The notes under the pieces: model-generated | The model's database searches: none | What the model was told of the DNA's origin: nothing | The model's input: the letters and a program-made list of their open reading frames with translations, nothing else | Part shown: piece by piece, positions 50,570-64,000 of the stretch | How positions within the stretch are numbered: position 1 is the first letter of the stretch | Layout: each line of letters opens with the position of its first letter | Translations under genes and position numbers: made by a program | Origin: Eledone cirrhosa | Lineage: Eukaryota | Assembly (NCBI GenBank): GCA_964016885.1 | Contig: OZ024741.1 | Span: 219,852,001-219,916,000 of the forward strand | DNA length: 64,000 nucleotides | Direction of reading: 5' to 3'

Positions 50570-52144
50570 TGCGAAAAGTGAGAGCAGGATACAAGTTGGG
50601 AAGGGGAGAGCTTACCATCAATCACCTCCTCTTCATGGACGATCTTAAGCTCTTCGGGAAAAGTGAGAAGGAGTTGGATGTGCTTGTTGACACTGTCCGT
50701 ATTTTCAGCAGTGATATATGCATGCAGTTTGGTATTAGTAAATGTGGAGTCATTGTGATGAGGAGGGGTAGGTTGAGCAGAAGTAACGGGATCCAGATAC
50801 CAACAGGTGAGATGATAAAGGAAATTGACTCTGAGGAAGGATACAAGTATTTGGGCGTTCTGGAGGCTGATGGCATAAAGAACAAACAAATGAAGGAATT
50901 GTTAAGAACTGAATACATTCGGAGAGTAAGGAGCGTATTGAAGTCACATCTGAACAGCAGAAATGCCATAAGCGCAGTACATTCTCGAGCTGTGTCTATT
51001 ATTAGGTACAGTGCGAGAATTCTGAGATGGAATGTTGCTGAACAAAAAAAAATGGATAGGAATACTAGGAAGCTATTGACTATCTACAACATGTTCCACA
51101 AGAGGAGTGATGTCGATAGACTCTACCTAAGGAGATCTGAGGGTGGAAGAGGTCTTATCAGCATAGAGGACTGTGTTCAGATGGAGAAAAACAACCTATA
51201 CAAATACGTGACCTATAGTAAGGAGCCAATGCTCAGAACTGTACTGAAGGAGGGGACAGTAGGCCAGGGGATGTCCAAGGAGGAAATAACATCAAGAAGG
51301 AAGAGCAGCCTTAAGGGAAAATCCCTTCATAGTACCTTCTTTGAGAAAACTGAATTTAGAGATCCACAGACATGGAACTGGTTGAGAAGAGGAGACCTCA
51401 AAAAGGCTACAGAAGGAATGCTAATGGCTGCGCAGGAGCAAGCCCTCAAAACGAAGTGGTTGAAGCACCATATTTACAAGGAGGAGGCTAGCCCACTGTG
51501 CAGGATCTGTAGAGAGAGAGAGGAGACTGTGGCTCACATTGTATCCGAGTGTAAACACCTAGCCTAGACCCACTATAAGGGCTGGAGACACGATGTGATG
51601 AGCAGGGTGATCCACTAGCACCTGTGCAAAGTAAACAATTTACCACATTCTGAGAAATGGTATGAGCATAGGCCAGAGGCGGTGATGGAGAACAATCAGG
51701 TGAAGGTGCTGTGGGATTTTAGGATACAGACGGACAAAAAACTGGAACACAATAGACCTGACCTGGTGGTTGTGGACAAAGAAAAGAGATCGTGTCTGAT
51801 TGTGGATGTGGCCTGCCCTTTCGACACGAGAGTGCAAGAGAAGGAGAGGGAGAAAATTAACCGATACCAGGACCTAAAGTGGGAGGCGAAAAGGATTTGG
51901 AGCTGCCATGAAGTCAAAGTGATCCCGATTGTCATAGGCGCACTGGGGACTATCTCCAAAAGTTTCCAGGGATGGTTAAAGAAAATCGGCCCCTTCACGC
52001 TTTTTGGAACGCTTCAAAAGGCATGCTTGCTTGGAACAGCAAGAACCCTCCGATACGTCCTGAATATCTGAGGCTGCAGGTAGTGGCTTGATATTCATTC
52101 CAACGGACTTTCCAGTTAGCCAACATCAATGACTGAGATTCAAG

Positions 52145-52145
<1 letters not shown>
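50567..52145 (+). mobile_element. Dong (R4-clade) retrotransposon, 5'-truncated, inside (TAA)n
   Basis: LLFMDDLKL, CRIC..ETVAHIVSEC, RPDLVVVD..VDVACP; (TAA)n at 50521-50566 and 52146-52199; two stops. Confidence 0.92.
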
Positions 52146-52200
<55 letters not shown>

Positions 52201-53039
52201 CTTTTTGATTTTTACTTATTTAAAACAACTGTGATAGAATAATTCTTATTACAAAAGAGCTATAAGATTACAGTTTTTTTCGCTCAGCAAGCCATAACGC
52301 ATCACTTTACGGCATAGGGCCTCAATATATAATATTTAATTTTGGATCAGAAATGTTATAGTCGAAAAAGAGGAAAATGGCAAAATGGCTAAATAGCTAA
52401 ATGGCGAAGTGGACAGACAGGCAAATAATTTCACCACCAACACCACCACCGCCATCATCACCACTACCACGCCAAAAACTCTAGTCAAGTTACCTCAACT
52501 TCTATTTCTACTTCAACATCAACACCATCACTACAGTACTACGATCACATCACCACCACCACTGCTTCATTATCGCTACCGCCGCTATTCTCTGCCACTA
52601 CCTCCTGCTAAGTACTACTAGCACAACACCACCACCACCACCACCACTGCCTCATTATCACTACCGCCGCTATTGTCTCCCACTACCTTTGGCTAAGACA
52701 TGCATCGTAGTGTCCCCACTAAAAGAGGAAGGCATCAAAAGATATAAATAGACTGATTTGATGTCCCGGTCAAAAAATCAAAAAAACAAAAATCAAAATC
52801 AAAACAGCACAGCAACAACGAAAAACTTAAAGAAAAGAAAAATGAAAAGAAAAACAAACAGACAAACAGAGAGGGAAGGGAGAAAAAAAAACTAAGTCAG
52901 ACATTCAAACATTACATTACAATGAAACTTATGCTTATTCTTTTTTGGTCTTTTTTTTACCTATTTGTTTGTTTGTTTATTTATGTTCGTCTACAGCGTG
53001 ATAGTGCCACACTAAAATCACCGGTGGTTATGTAACCAT

Positions 53040-56000
53040 ACATTCACCAATCCTCGATAAGAGTGTTTAAATGTCGAACCTAACAGTTCGAATAACGGTG
53101 AAGTGGAGACTGGAATGTGATGTGACAGACTCTCACCCAGCAGGTGCTCCCTGGCTCAGCAGCAGGGACCTGGCTGTCAACCAAATACTGCTGGTGTCGG
53201 AGGAAGAAGAAGAAGGAAAGGGACCAGAACCAACTGGACGAAAGAATTGAATAGAACTGTTATGCAATGTTACCTGAAGACTAACCCCAAGGAGAAAGGC
53301 TATAGGAAACGGATGCATAACATCTGGAACGAGATTGGTCTATTTAAATGAGAAGAACAAAAATTGGCCGGGCAGGCTCGGGTAATAAGAACTAATGGGT
53401 GGATAAGCGAGCTGGAACTGGAGGAACTGAGCAGAGAGATTAGCTTGGAAATGGAGAGTGGAGTATGCCAGGCAAACGAGCCAGTGGGAAATGAAGGTGA
53501 AGAGATTGAGAGAACGGAGGAACCATCCGAAGCAGACAATGATCTGAATGCTGAAATAAATAATACCTGGAACAAAGATACGGCCATTGAGGAGATGAAT
53601 GCTGACGGGCTAGGACAAGATTTGGTTGATATCCTAAACTTAGTGGTAGATGAAATGAACAATGATAGTGGGAAACCTATGAACCTAAGATTTGTAGACA
53701 GGAAAAAGTTAAAAGAAACAACAGCTAAGGTAAACAAAGTCATCCCATACCTTGAGGCGAGGAGCCTTCACCAGTGCAACAATATCCTCAAAGCAACAGC
53801 AAATGCGGTGAGGAAATTACTTGGCATAAAAGCGAGAGGAAACAACAAACAAGAAAGATCAGAACCTTGGTGGAAGAAATGACTGAATGGTCAAATCAGG
53901 GAAATGAGAAATGACGTTGGAAAGCTTGAGTCCCTACTGAATGGGACACTAAAAAACATAGACACTAAAAATAGACTGGAAATAAAGTACAAAACTAGGA
54001 GGAAAAAGCTAAATATTATCATAGAGGAACTGAAGCAACGCATTGTAGCAAAGAGTGCAAAAATTAGGCGATACGAGAGCAGAGTCGGTCAGTATAGACA
54101 AAACCGCATGTTTGACAACAACCAGAAGATGCTGTTTGGAAGCTTGAAGGGAAAGAAAGAGGCAACGACTTGATCCCTGAGGCGGAACAAACTAAGACAT
54201 TCTGGAGAGGAATATGGGATCAGGATGTTAAACATAATGACCAGGCAGTGTGGATTGAGACAGTACAACAGGAGATTAGTGAACATGCACACCAACAAAC
54301 TGATTTGAGTATCACAGTTGAAACTCTTAAGGGGCAGGCCAAAAAACTAACCAACTGGAAATCACCAGGCCCAGATGGTGTGCAGGGGTATTGGATTAAA
54401 AATATAACATCCCTCCACCCGAAACTGACAACCATGTTCAATGACTGCTTGATGTCAGGTGAGGTACCAGAGTGGTTGACAAAAGGTACCATAGTTCTGG
54501 TAATGAAAGACCGAATCAAGGGTAATTATCTTGCCAAATATAGACCTATCACATGTCTGTCCGTAATGTGGAAACTGTTGACAAGCATTGTGTCTGAGGA
54601 AATCTACCATCACCTCCACACAAACAACTTGTTACCGGACGAACAGAAAGGATGCCGAAAGAAGTCTCGTTGTACAAAGGACCAGTTACTTATTGATAAG
54701 ATGGTAATGAGGAATTGCAAGAGGAGACAGACTGGTCTTGCCATGGGATAGATAGACTACAAAAAGGCATTTGACATGGTGCCTCATTCTTGGATCACCA
54801 AAAGCCTAGAGATCTTCAAGGTGGCAGATAACATCAGACAGTTGTTGAGCAAAAGTATGAAGTCCTGGAAAACAGAGTTAACATCAGCTGGATAATTCTT
54901 GGGAGGCGTGAAGATCAAGAGAGGTATCTTCCAGGGAGATAGTCTGTCCCCTCTGTTGTTTGTCCTTGCCCTGATGCCCCTGACCATTATACTGCGAAAA
55001 GTGAGAGCAGGATACAAGATGGGAAAGGGAGAACTTACCATCAATCACCTCCTCTTCATGGACGATCTTAAGCTCTTCGGGAAGAGTGAGAAGAAGTTGG
55101 ATGTGCTTGTTGACACTGTCCGTATTTTCAGCAATGATATATGTATGCAATTTGGTATTAGTAAGTGTGGAGTCATTGTGATGAAGAGGGGTAAATTGAG
55201 CAGAACCAACGGAATCCAGGTACCAACAGGTGAGATGATAAAGGAAATTGAGACTGGAGAAGGATACAAGTATTTGGGTGTTCTGGAGGCTGATGACATC
55301 AAGAACCAAAACAAAAAGGAATTGATAAGATCTGAATACATTCGGAGAGTAAGGAGCGCATTAAAGTCGCATCTCAACAGTAGGAATGCCATAAGTGCAG
55401 TAAATTCCAGAGCTGTGTCTATTATTAAGTACAGTGCGGGAATTCTGAGATGGAATGTTGCTGAACAAAAAGAAATGGATAGGAAGACTAGGAAGCTATT
55501 GACTATCTACAACATGTTCCACAAGAGCAGTGATGTCGATAGACTCTACTTTAGGAGATCTGAAGGTGGAAGAGGTCTTATCAGCATAGAGGAATGTGTT
55601 CAGATGGAGAAAAACAACCTACACAAATACGTGACTGATAGTAGGAAGCCAATGCTCAGAATTGTACTGAAGGAGAGAACAATAGACCAGAGGATGTCCA
55701 AAGAGGAAATAACAAGAAGGAGAATGAGCAACCTTCATGAAAAATCCCTTCATAGTACCTTCTTTGAGAAAACTGAATTCAGAGATCCACAGACATGGAA
55801 CTGGTTGAAAAGAGGAGACCTTAAAAAAGCTACAGAAGGAATGCTAATGGCTGCGAAAGAGCAGGCCCTCAAAACGAAGTGGCTGAAACACCATATTTAC
55901 AAGGAGGAGGCTAGCCCACTGTGCAGGATCTGTGGAGAGAGAGAGGAGACTGTGGCTCACATTGTATCCGAGTGTAAACACCTAGCCCAAACTCACTATA

Positions 56001-56544
56001 AAGGCTGGAGACATGATGTGATGGGCAGGGTGATCCACTGGCACTTATGCAAAGTAAACAATTTACCACATTCTGAGAAGTGGTATGAGCATAAGCCAGA
56101 GTCGGTGATAGAAAACGATCAGGTGAAGGTACTGTGGGATTTTAGGATACAGACAGACAAGAAACTGGAACACAATAGACCTGACCTGGTGGTTTTGGAC
56201 AAGGAAAAAAGGTCGTGCCTGATTGTGGATGTGGCCTGCCCATTTGACACGAGAGTGCAAGAGAAGGAGAGGGAGAAAATTAACCGATACCAGGACTTAA
56301 AGTGGGAGGTAAAAAGGATTTGGAACTGCCATGAAGTCAAAGTTGTCCTGATTGTCATAGGCGCACTAGGTACTATCTCAAAGAGTTTCCAAGGATGGTT
56401 AAAGAAAATTGGCCCCGTCCCGCTTTTTGGAATACTTCAAAAGACATGCTTGCTGGGAACAGCAAGAACCCTCCGATACGTCCTGAATATCTGAGGCTAC
56501 AGACCTGCCAGTTAACCAACATCAATGAGTGATACTCAGAGAAC
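53040..56544 (+). mobile_element. Dong (R4-clade) retrotransposon, near full-length, several stops/frameshifts
   Basis: N-terminal WTKELN..GYRKRMHNIW..EQKLAGQAR region, RT (YRPITCL, GIFQGDSLSP, FMDD), zinc knuckle, RLE; (TAA)n tail 56545-56577; 5' end approximate. Confidence 0.9.
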
Positions 56545-56577
<33 letters not shown>

Positions 56578-59500
56578 TTCTTTATTGGCCACAAGGGCTG
56601 ACATCAAGAAAAACATTACAGACGGCACAGGACGGTACAGGACGGTACAGCAGGACGGAACGATATGGGTTTTGTGTGTGTAAAGATTTTTATTATTTAT
56701 ATAAGAAAAGAAAAAGAGACATAGAAACATATATAATGAAAATTGAAGGAAGACGGCGAGACCATCTGCACAATGGACTCAGTCGATAACCGGATCAGTC
56801 CTACACGCGTAAGCAACTGTTCGACATAGCTCCACAAGTCAGCAATGCTCGGGCACTGAATGAATTCGGGAACGACGGTTTCGTCGCTCTGTGCGCATCT
56901 CGGACAGGCTCGGCTGACGGCACTTCCGTGCCTGTAGAGCTTATCTCGAACCGGCAACGCTCCCCGGTAGCACTGCCAGACCAGGAATTTTTGGAAGTTA
57001 TCCATAGGCCCTGGGCTGAAAGTTCTCCGGAAGAGAGCAAACAGCTGATCTTCTTCGACGCCCAGGATGTCTCCGAGAACGTCGTCGCTCTTCCCCTCTA
57101 CTAGTCTTCTATAGAACGCCGAGGTGTATGTTCCACCGATACTGGTGCCCAGTTGGCAGAGGGCAGTGAGCACCTGGAGACATTCCAGTTTCCAAGCGCT
57201 ATCCCTCGGTCTTTTCCTGACCCAGTACTGCAGCTCCGTCAAGGAGACGAGCTGTGGGAAAACGTGCCTGGCGGACAGCGACCACACCTGTTCACCGTCA
57301 AGGAAGCACCAGAGATGTCGCAGCCTCAGCGCATGTTTGCTCATCATCAGCCATGACAAGCCCAGTCCTCCATGCAACGGGTGTTGACAGCAGATGGATC
57401 GTCTGACCATGGGAGCGCGTCCCGTCCACAAAAAGCGGAAGAGGAGGCACTCCATTTTGGTGAGAGTTGGGCCGGGGCAAGGGGCGACAGTGAGGCGGTA
57501 GCAGAAGACGGATGCGATGTACGCATTCGCCACCACCCCCGGCCTTTCAGGGACAACTTCCTCTCGGGCCCATTTCTTGGTGAGGGAGGCCACCTTGCTC
57601 GTCACCTCGCTCCAGTTTTTCTCCATCTGGAAATCCGGTCCGAACCAGACCCCTAGCAATTTAACCGGTTCGTCCGTCCAACGCCCCACGACGCTGTCGG
57701 ACGGCATGGACCTGCCTCTCCAAGTGCCGAGCTGCAAGCCCACCGACTTTTTCTGGTTTATCTTTGCCCCTGTCACCGCTTCGTATTCCTTGAGAGCGGT
57801 GCCGAGCATCTGGACGTCGTCGCGCAAGCTGATTCGGATTTCCCGCATCCTAGTTCGCGTGGGACGCCCCTCATCGCCCCCAGTTTGTGCAGTAACGGAT
57901 CGAGAGCAAATACGTACAAGAGGGACGAGAGGGGACAACCCGGGCGGACCGAGCGCATGATGCTGAATGGCAGCGACAGGTGACCGTTCACCCTCACAAC
58001 TGAGCAGATGCCGCTGTACATCGCAGTGATCCAACCCCTGAAAACGGGCCCGAAACAGGCTGCCTCGAGGACCGCCGCCAGGTACCGATGGTCGACCCTA
58101 TCGAATGCTTTGGATTGAACCAAGTTGTTCAGGGCCCCCCCGTACCAGGTTCCTTAACCACCCTCCCTATGATGTATCGTATGAGGTGGAGGTTGTCGTG
58201 TATGGATCTGTCCGGAATGGCACATGTTTGCGCTTCTCCAACCAGACCCTTGACGACAAGCGCCAACCTCGTTGCTAACACCTTGGCCAAAATCTTGAAC
58301 TCTGCGTTTAGCAGGGTTATGAACCTGAAGTTATCGATAACATCCCCCTTGTTCGGATCTTTTCTCAGCAGCGCCACCGCTCCCCGGCTCACAAAACTGG
58401 GAATTCTCCCGTTCTGATGTCAGTTGCAGTAGACGTCTGCCAAGAGGTCACCGAACAAGTCTGGCATAAATTCATAAAGCTCGTAGGGCAGACCATCCAA
58501 ACCTGGCGATTTACCCCTCGTGCAGTTTGCCATCGCTTCCCGTATTTCACCGGCTGTTATTTGCTTTCCGCAACACTGTGTTGCGGTCGTCGAGAGCCGA
58601 GGCACTCCGTCGAGGTATGCACTGAAGTCCATACCCCGATCCGTCCCGCCGCTGCTCCCGAACAGTTCAGCAAAGTGCTGCTAAAAAGCTTCACACATCT
58701 GCTCGGTATCGAGCACCGCGCCCGTTTTGGTCAGATAAAGACCGAATTGTGGCTTCGTTGCCACGTCGCACCTCTGCCACCCGGGCCCATTGGACGGCCT
58801 TTGTCCCCTCGTGTTTCAGAGCACGCGCTCTATCTCTGACAACGCAGCCTTCGTGTTTTGCGTTAAAGAATTGGTCGATTGCCAATCTCGCCGCAAGCAC
58901 GTCAGTTGCGATGCCTGTCCTAAACGCCTCTTCTAGCTTTCTAACTAGCTCTCCCTCTACTCTATTTTCCTCTCTCACTAGTCCTTTGCTAAACCTAATT
59001 GACTCTACTTTAATTGACCTTTTCAGGGCGAACCACCACCTGTTGTTGAAGACCGCTCCCGTCAACGCCCGCTTAACTAATACGCTAATCCGGTCTCTGT
59101 AGGCTTTGCGCGCCGGGAAAGACGCGTTCAGCTTCCAGTAACCGGTTCCTTCTCTATGAAGTCTGTCTATGTCGATCTCACAGATCACAAATTTGTGGTC
59201 TGTGTAGTTGACTATTTTAAATTTTGGACAACTTATACTAGCCTTATCTAGTTCTCTGCAGAATACCTTATCGAGATACGATCTGGATGACCCGATGCGG
59301 TTTGTCCATGCCCACATTGGCACATTCGGGTGATCCAGTCGATACCTGTCAGACAGTTCAAAACGTCTGAGCAGGTTGGTGAGGCTCTTGCACCCTCCTC
59401 CCCTATCCACTAGCCCCACACAATCCCAGCGTGCATCCAAAATACCGTTCCAGTCGCCCACTAACACTAAAGAGCGGGACGTTCCAAGAAAGATCTCTAG

Positions 59501-61147
59501 ATCTCTGAAGAAATCTGGCCGTCCTGTCCTTTTCGGGGCATAGACGGCTACTAGCCTGAAAGCGTTGCCTTCAGTGCCGCTTACGTCCAGCACAACCGAC
59601 TTACCTTCTGGGTCCGGGAAGATGGTCCGTATGGCGAGATCCAAGCCTTTCCGAAACAACACAGCCACTCCGCCCCCCGCTCCCGGACGGCTCGGAGATA
59701 CGTACACCTCGTAACCGTCAAAGATAGGTGCGAAAGCTTGCGTTTCGGAGATTCTCGTCTCGCTGATGGCCACCACATCTATGTTTAGTGACCTGAGGTC
59801 GTTAAGCAAGTGACCCGGCTTCCAAACCGAGCTCAAGCCACGCAAGTTTACACTTCCGATCCTGAATACGGCCATGTTGGGTGAGGAACGGGGCAAGTGA
59901 GAAAGGATCACTTACCTTGATCGTCTGGAATCGTCCCTTCGGCTGGTCATCGGCTCTTCTGTGAGTATATCCGAGTATACTCTATGGTTGAGTGTCCCTC
60001 CTAGGTCTCTGAAATCACCAACTGCGTTGGGGAATTTCATTTTAAAGTTTGTGTATTGTTTCTGTGATATTCTTACCAGTCTTATGTTCGTTTGTGTTTT
60101 GATTGGTGCTGGTATTATGTAGTCGTGCTGTGAATTGTCTGTGTGTTCAATTATGTAAGTCATTAGTTTCTTGTTGTGTGTATTTATTGCTGTGCATTTC
60201 TTTTGCTGGGGTGGGGTGTGGTTCTGCTAATTTCTTATCGTTGTTGCTGGGTGTGTGTGTTTTGTTGTTGTGTTTGCGATGCTGGTGTTTGTGTTGGTGT
60301 TGTTAAAGGTGTTATTGTTGGCGGTGGGGTTGCCGCCGGTGGTGATGGTAGTGCTAGTGTGGGTGGTGATGGTGTTGGTGGTGTTGCTGCTGGAAGTCTC
60401 TTTGCAGTAGCCTTCACCCTTTTTTCATTTCTTCCCTCCCTTTTCGAAGGCGATGATGCGCTGCTTATGCGTTTGTGCCTTCTTGCGACCTTTTGCCATC
60501 CCTCTCCGACCTCACACTCCAGGTCCGATTCTGTGAGGTCGGGGATGGGTACAAGCTCCACTGTTTCACTTGTTCTTGTTGGTGATGGTTGCAGTGGAGT
60601 CTCTGTTGCATCTGCAGTTGGTATTACTGTTGTTATTGTTAATACTTCCAGTGCTGCTGCTGTTCTTGATTTCCGTGGCGTGAGTATGGGTTCCACAGAC
60701 CTATCCTTCCTGCTTGGCGCCTGTCCTGTTACTGATAGCTGTGGAGCCGGTTTCGGTAGGAAGGGGGTTTTCTCCGTTCTCAGGAGGGTCTTCTCATTAG
60801 AGAAGGCCCTGAGGTGAGTCTTCGACCCACAGAGAAAGCATTTCGGGCATTTGCCCTCAACACTTATGGGAAGTTGAGTGCCGTTATCGAAGTCTATCAC
60901 ATCCGGGATAGCTTCGATGTACTCCTGGTTGGTTTGAATTAACATCTCAATGGAGGCGCCGACCCAATCTTCTCGTACTTTTTTCTGTACTTGCAGTGCG
61001 GTTGTTTTGTCCTCGATTCCGACGAGGACAGACGCGGCTAGCCAAGAAGGGGCCATACCGGGGGAGGGGGACTTGGGTCAGTTTGACCCTCACAATTTTT
61101 TGCCCGCAGTAGGAGGGCACCAACACCATTTCCTCGCTCTTTAGGGT
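56578..61147 (-). mobile_element. Tx1 element, divergent subfamily, 5'-truncated in ORF1, decayed
   Basis: ORF1 knuckle CPKCFLCGSKTHL; ORF2 from ATG at 59875 (MAVFRIGSVNLRGL), KAFDRV, CPRC; ends GCCCTTGTGGCCAATAAAGAAA(TTA)n. Confidence 0.9.
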
Positions 61148-64000
61148 TACTTTATTAACCACAAGGGTTTACACAAAGTAAAACATTAAAGACAATATAG
61201 GACAATACAGGACAATACAGGACGGTACAAATGGGCATTTCAGCGTGTAAAAAATAAAAACAGAGGATGTAACAAAAAAGAAACAATAGGGGTGACTTCC
61301 GAGGGACATTCGTGGAGAAAGCCCATTAAACAAGCCACGGTGACCCTGAGCACCAGCGCAAGAACCCTCTCCCAGTTTTCCACCTTCAATTTACAGGCGA
61401 ATACTCAGAGTAGGCCCATTCACTCGGGCCATTCTTTCCTCTCACAACCATCTTTCAACAAAATGCTGGGAAGTACTTCCCTCTCTACCCTGATTTTCCT
61501 TTTCAAATGAAATTTGAAAAAGTTAATCAGGGCATCACCAAAGAGGTAAGTGCTCGTCTTCAGCCCTTTCAAACACGTCCACCACACTATCTCTTTCGCT
61601 ATGGCCACCAGACAGATAAAAACTGCCCTTCCCGGTTAAAGGAAGAGGGCGGGGCAATATTCACGATGGACTAAGCTGATAGCCGAATCTGTCCTACACG
61701 CGACAGCAGGTGTTCGACATAAACCCACAAGTAAGCAATGCTCGGACACTGAACGAATGCGTTCAGGACGGTTTTGTCACCCAGCACGCATCTCGGACAT
61801 GCCCGGCTGACGGCACTTCCATGCCTGTAGAGTTTATCCCGAACTGGCAAAGCTCCTCGGTAGCACTGCCAGGCCAGGGATTTCTGGAAATTGTCCATAG
61901 GCCCCGGCCCGAAAGTTACCCCGAACAGATTGGTTAGTTGATTTTCGTCGACGCCCAGAGTCTCCTCAAGTACGTCGTCGCTCTTCCCCTTCACTAATTC
62001 TCTATAGAACGCCGAGGTGGAGTTTCCACCGATCGCATTGCCCGAATGGTCGAGGGCTGTGAGCGCCTGAAGACATTCCAGTCTCCAAGCGGTCCCTCTC
62101 GGTCTTCGCTTGACCCAGGACTGCAGCTCCGTCAAGGAGACGAGCTGGGGAACACGCGTCTAGCAAACGGCGACCACACCTGATCATCGTCGAGGAAGAG
62201 GTGGAGATGTCGAAGCATGAGCGCGTGTCTGCGCATCATCAGCCACGGCATGCCCAGCCCTCCACGTAGCTGGTGATGACAGCAGATGGACCGCCTGACC
62301 ATCGGAGCGCGTCCCTTCCACAAAAAGCGAAAGAGCAAACGTTCCAGCGCAGTCAGGCGACGCTTAGGACAAGGCACGATGGTCAGGCGGTGGTAAATGA
62401 CGGACGCGATGTACGCATTCGCCACCTCCGCTCAACCTTTCAGGGATAGCTTCCTCTCTGCCCATTTCTGTGTGAGAGGAGCCAACCTGCTCGTCACCTC
62501 GTCCCAGATTTTGTCCCTATGGAGGTCTGGACCAAACCAGACACCTAGCAATTTAACCGGTCCATCCGTCCAGCGCCCGACGACGCTGCTGGACGGCATG
62601 GACCTGCCTCTTCAGGTGCCGACCTGCAGGCTCACCGACTTTTCCTGGTTGATCATTGCTCCTGTCACCGCCTCGTATTCTCTTAGTGTAGTGCCGATCG
62701 CCTCGATGTGTTTGGCGTTCGACACCACTACGATGACATCGTCTGCATATGCTGACACGGATCTTCCGCATCTCAGTTCGCGCGGTCCCCCTTCAACGTC
62801 TCCAGTTTGTGCAGTAATGGCTCGAGACTCAATACGTACAACAGGGACGAGAGTGGACATCCTTGGCGGACCGAGCGCATGATGCTGAATGGTTCCGAAA
62901 GGTGACCATTCACTCTCACCACAGAGCAGATATCACTGTGTATGGCAGTGATCCAGCCTCTGAAGACGGGCCCAAAGCCAGCCGCCCTCAGGACTGCCGC
63001 CAGATAACGAAGGTCGACCCTATCGAAAACTTTCGACTGATCTGAATTGATCAAGGACCCACCCGTGCCAGGTTCCCAAGCTACCCTCTCCACGATGTAT
63101 CGTATGAGGTGGAGGTTGTCGTGGATGGATCCGTGGGATGGCGCATGTCTGCGCCTCTCCCACCAGACCACCAACGCCAAGCGTCAACCTCTTTGCTAGC
63201 ACCTTGGCCAAAATCTTGAACTCTGTGTTTAGCAGAGTTATGGGCCTGAAATTATCTATGTTATCCTCCTTGTTCGGATCCTTTCTCAGCAGCACCACCG
63301 CTCCTCGGCTCACAGAGCTGAGAATTCTGCCGTTCTGTTGCCAGTCGCAGTAGACATCCGCCAAGAGGTCTCCGAACAAGTAGTGCATGTGTACGTAAAG
63401 TTCGTAGGCCAGCCCATCCAAACCATTTACGCGATTTACCTCTTGTGCAGCCAGTCATTGCCTCCCGTACTTCAGATCGTGGCTTTGTTCCCACGACGCG
63501 CCTCCGCCACTCGGGTCCATTGAACGGCTTTCGTCCCCTCGTGTCTGAGAGCACGCACCCTAGCTCTGACAACGCAGCCTTCGTGCTTTGCATTGAAGAA
63601 TTGGTCGAGGGCCAATTTCGCAGCAAGCACGTCAGTAGCGATGCCTTTACTAAGCGCCTCGACTAATTTTCTAACTAGTTCTCCCTCTGTTCTATTTTTC
63701 TCTATTGCTAACGCCTTACTAAACCTAATGGACTCTATTCTAATCGCCTTTTTCAGAGCAAACCACCATTTGTTGTTGACGATGCCCCCCGTCAACGCCC
63801 GCTTAACTAGCCCGTCAACTTCCGCTTAACTAGTTCTCTAATCCGGTCTCTGTAGGCTTTGCGCGCTGTTAACGACGCGTTAAGCTTCCAGTAGCGGGGT
63901 CCCTGTCTATGAAGCCTATCTAAGTCAACCTCACAATCACGAATTTGTGGTCCGTGTAGTCGACTATTTTGAACTGCGGACAGCCTGTGCTAGACCTATC
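61148..64000 (-). mobile_element. Tx1 element (same divergent group), decayed, runs off window end
   Basis: YTDHKF, YWKLN, FRPITLLN, QGCPLS, YADD, CPRC; 3' UTR ends AACCCTTGTGGTTAATAAAG and abuts the next copy. Confidence 0.9.

Overview
Gene-free, repeat-dominated eukaryotic DNA; the SINE types and dense microsatellites suggest an octopus or other cephalopod (inference). It contains: (1) a head-to-tail array (1-17.8 kb, continuing past the left edge) of seven Tx1/L1-clade non-LTR retrotransposons from several subfamilies, each ending AATAAA+(TATC)n; (2) an intact RTE-clade LINE (minus strand, 1181 aa: APE + RT + three C2H2 fingers) with short non-coding derivatives, where the 5' and 3' UTRs carry a complementary, co-varying panhandle; (3) R4/Dong-clade RLE retrotransposons sitting in (CATA)n and (TAA)n; (4) Penelope-like remnants, including a GIY-YIG fragment, inverted repeats and several hammerhead ribozyme motifs; (5) Helitron, CRE and RTE-X remnants and tRNA-derived SINEs; (6) two more Tx1 copies on the minus strand, one sharing a (TAA)n tract tail-to-tail with a Dong element. 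No host gene could be supported. Coordinates were read by eye and element boundaries are approximate.
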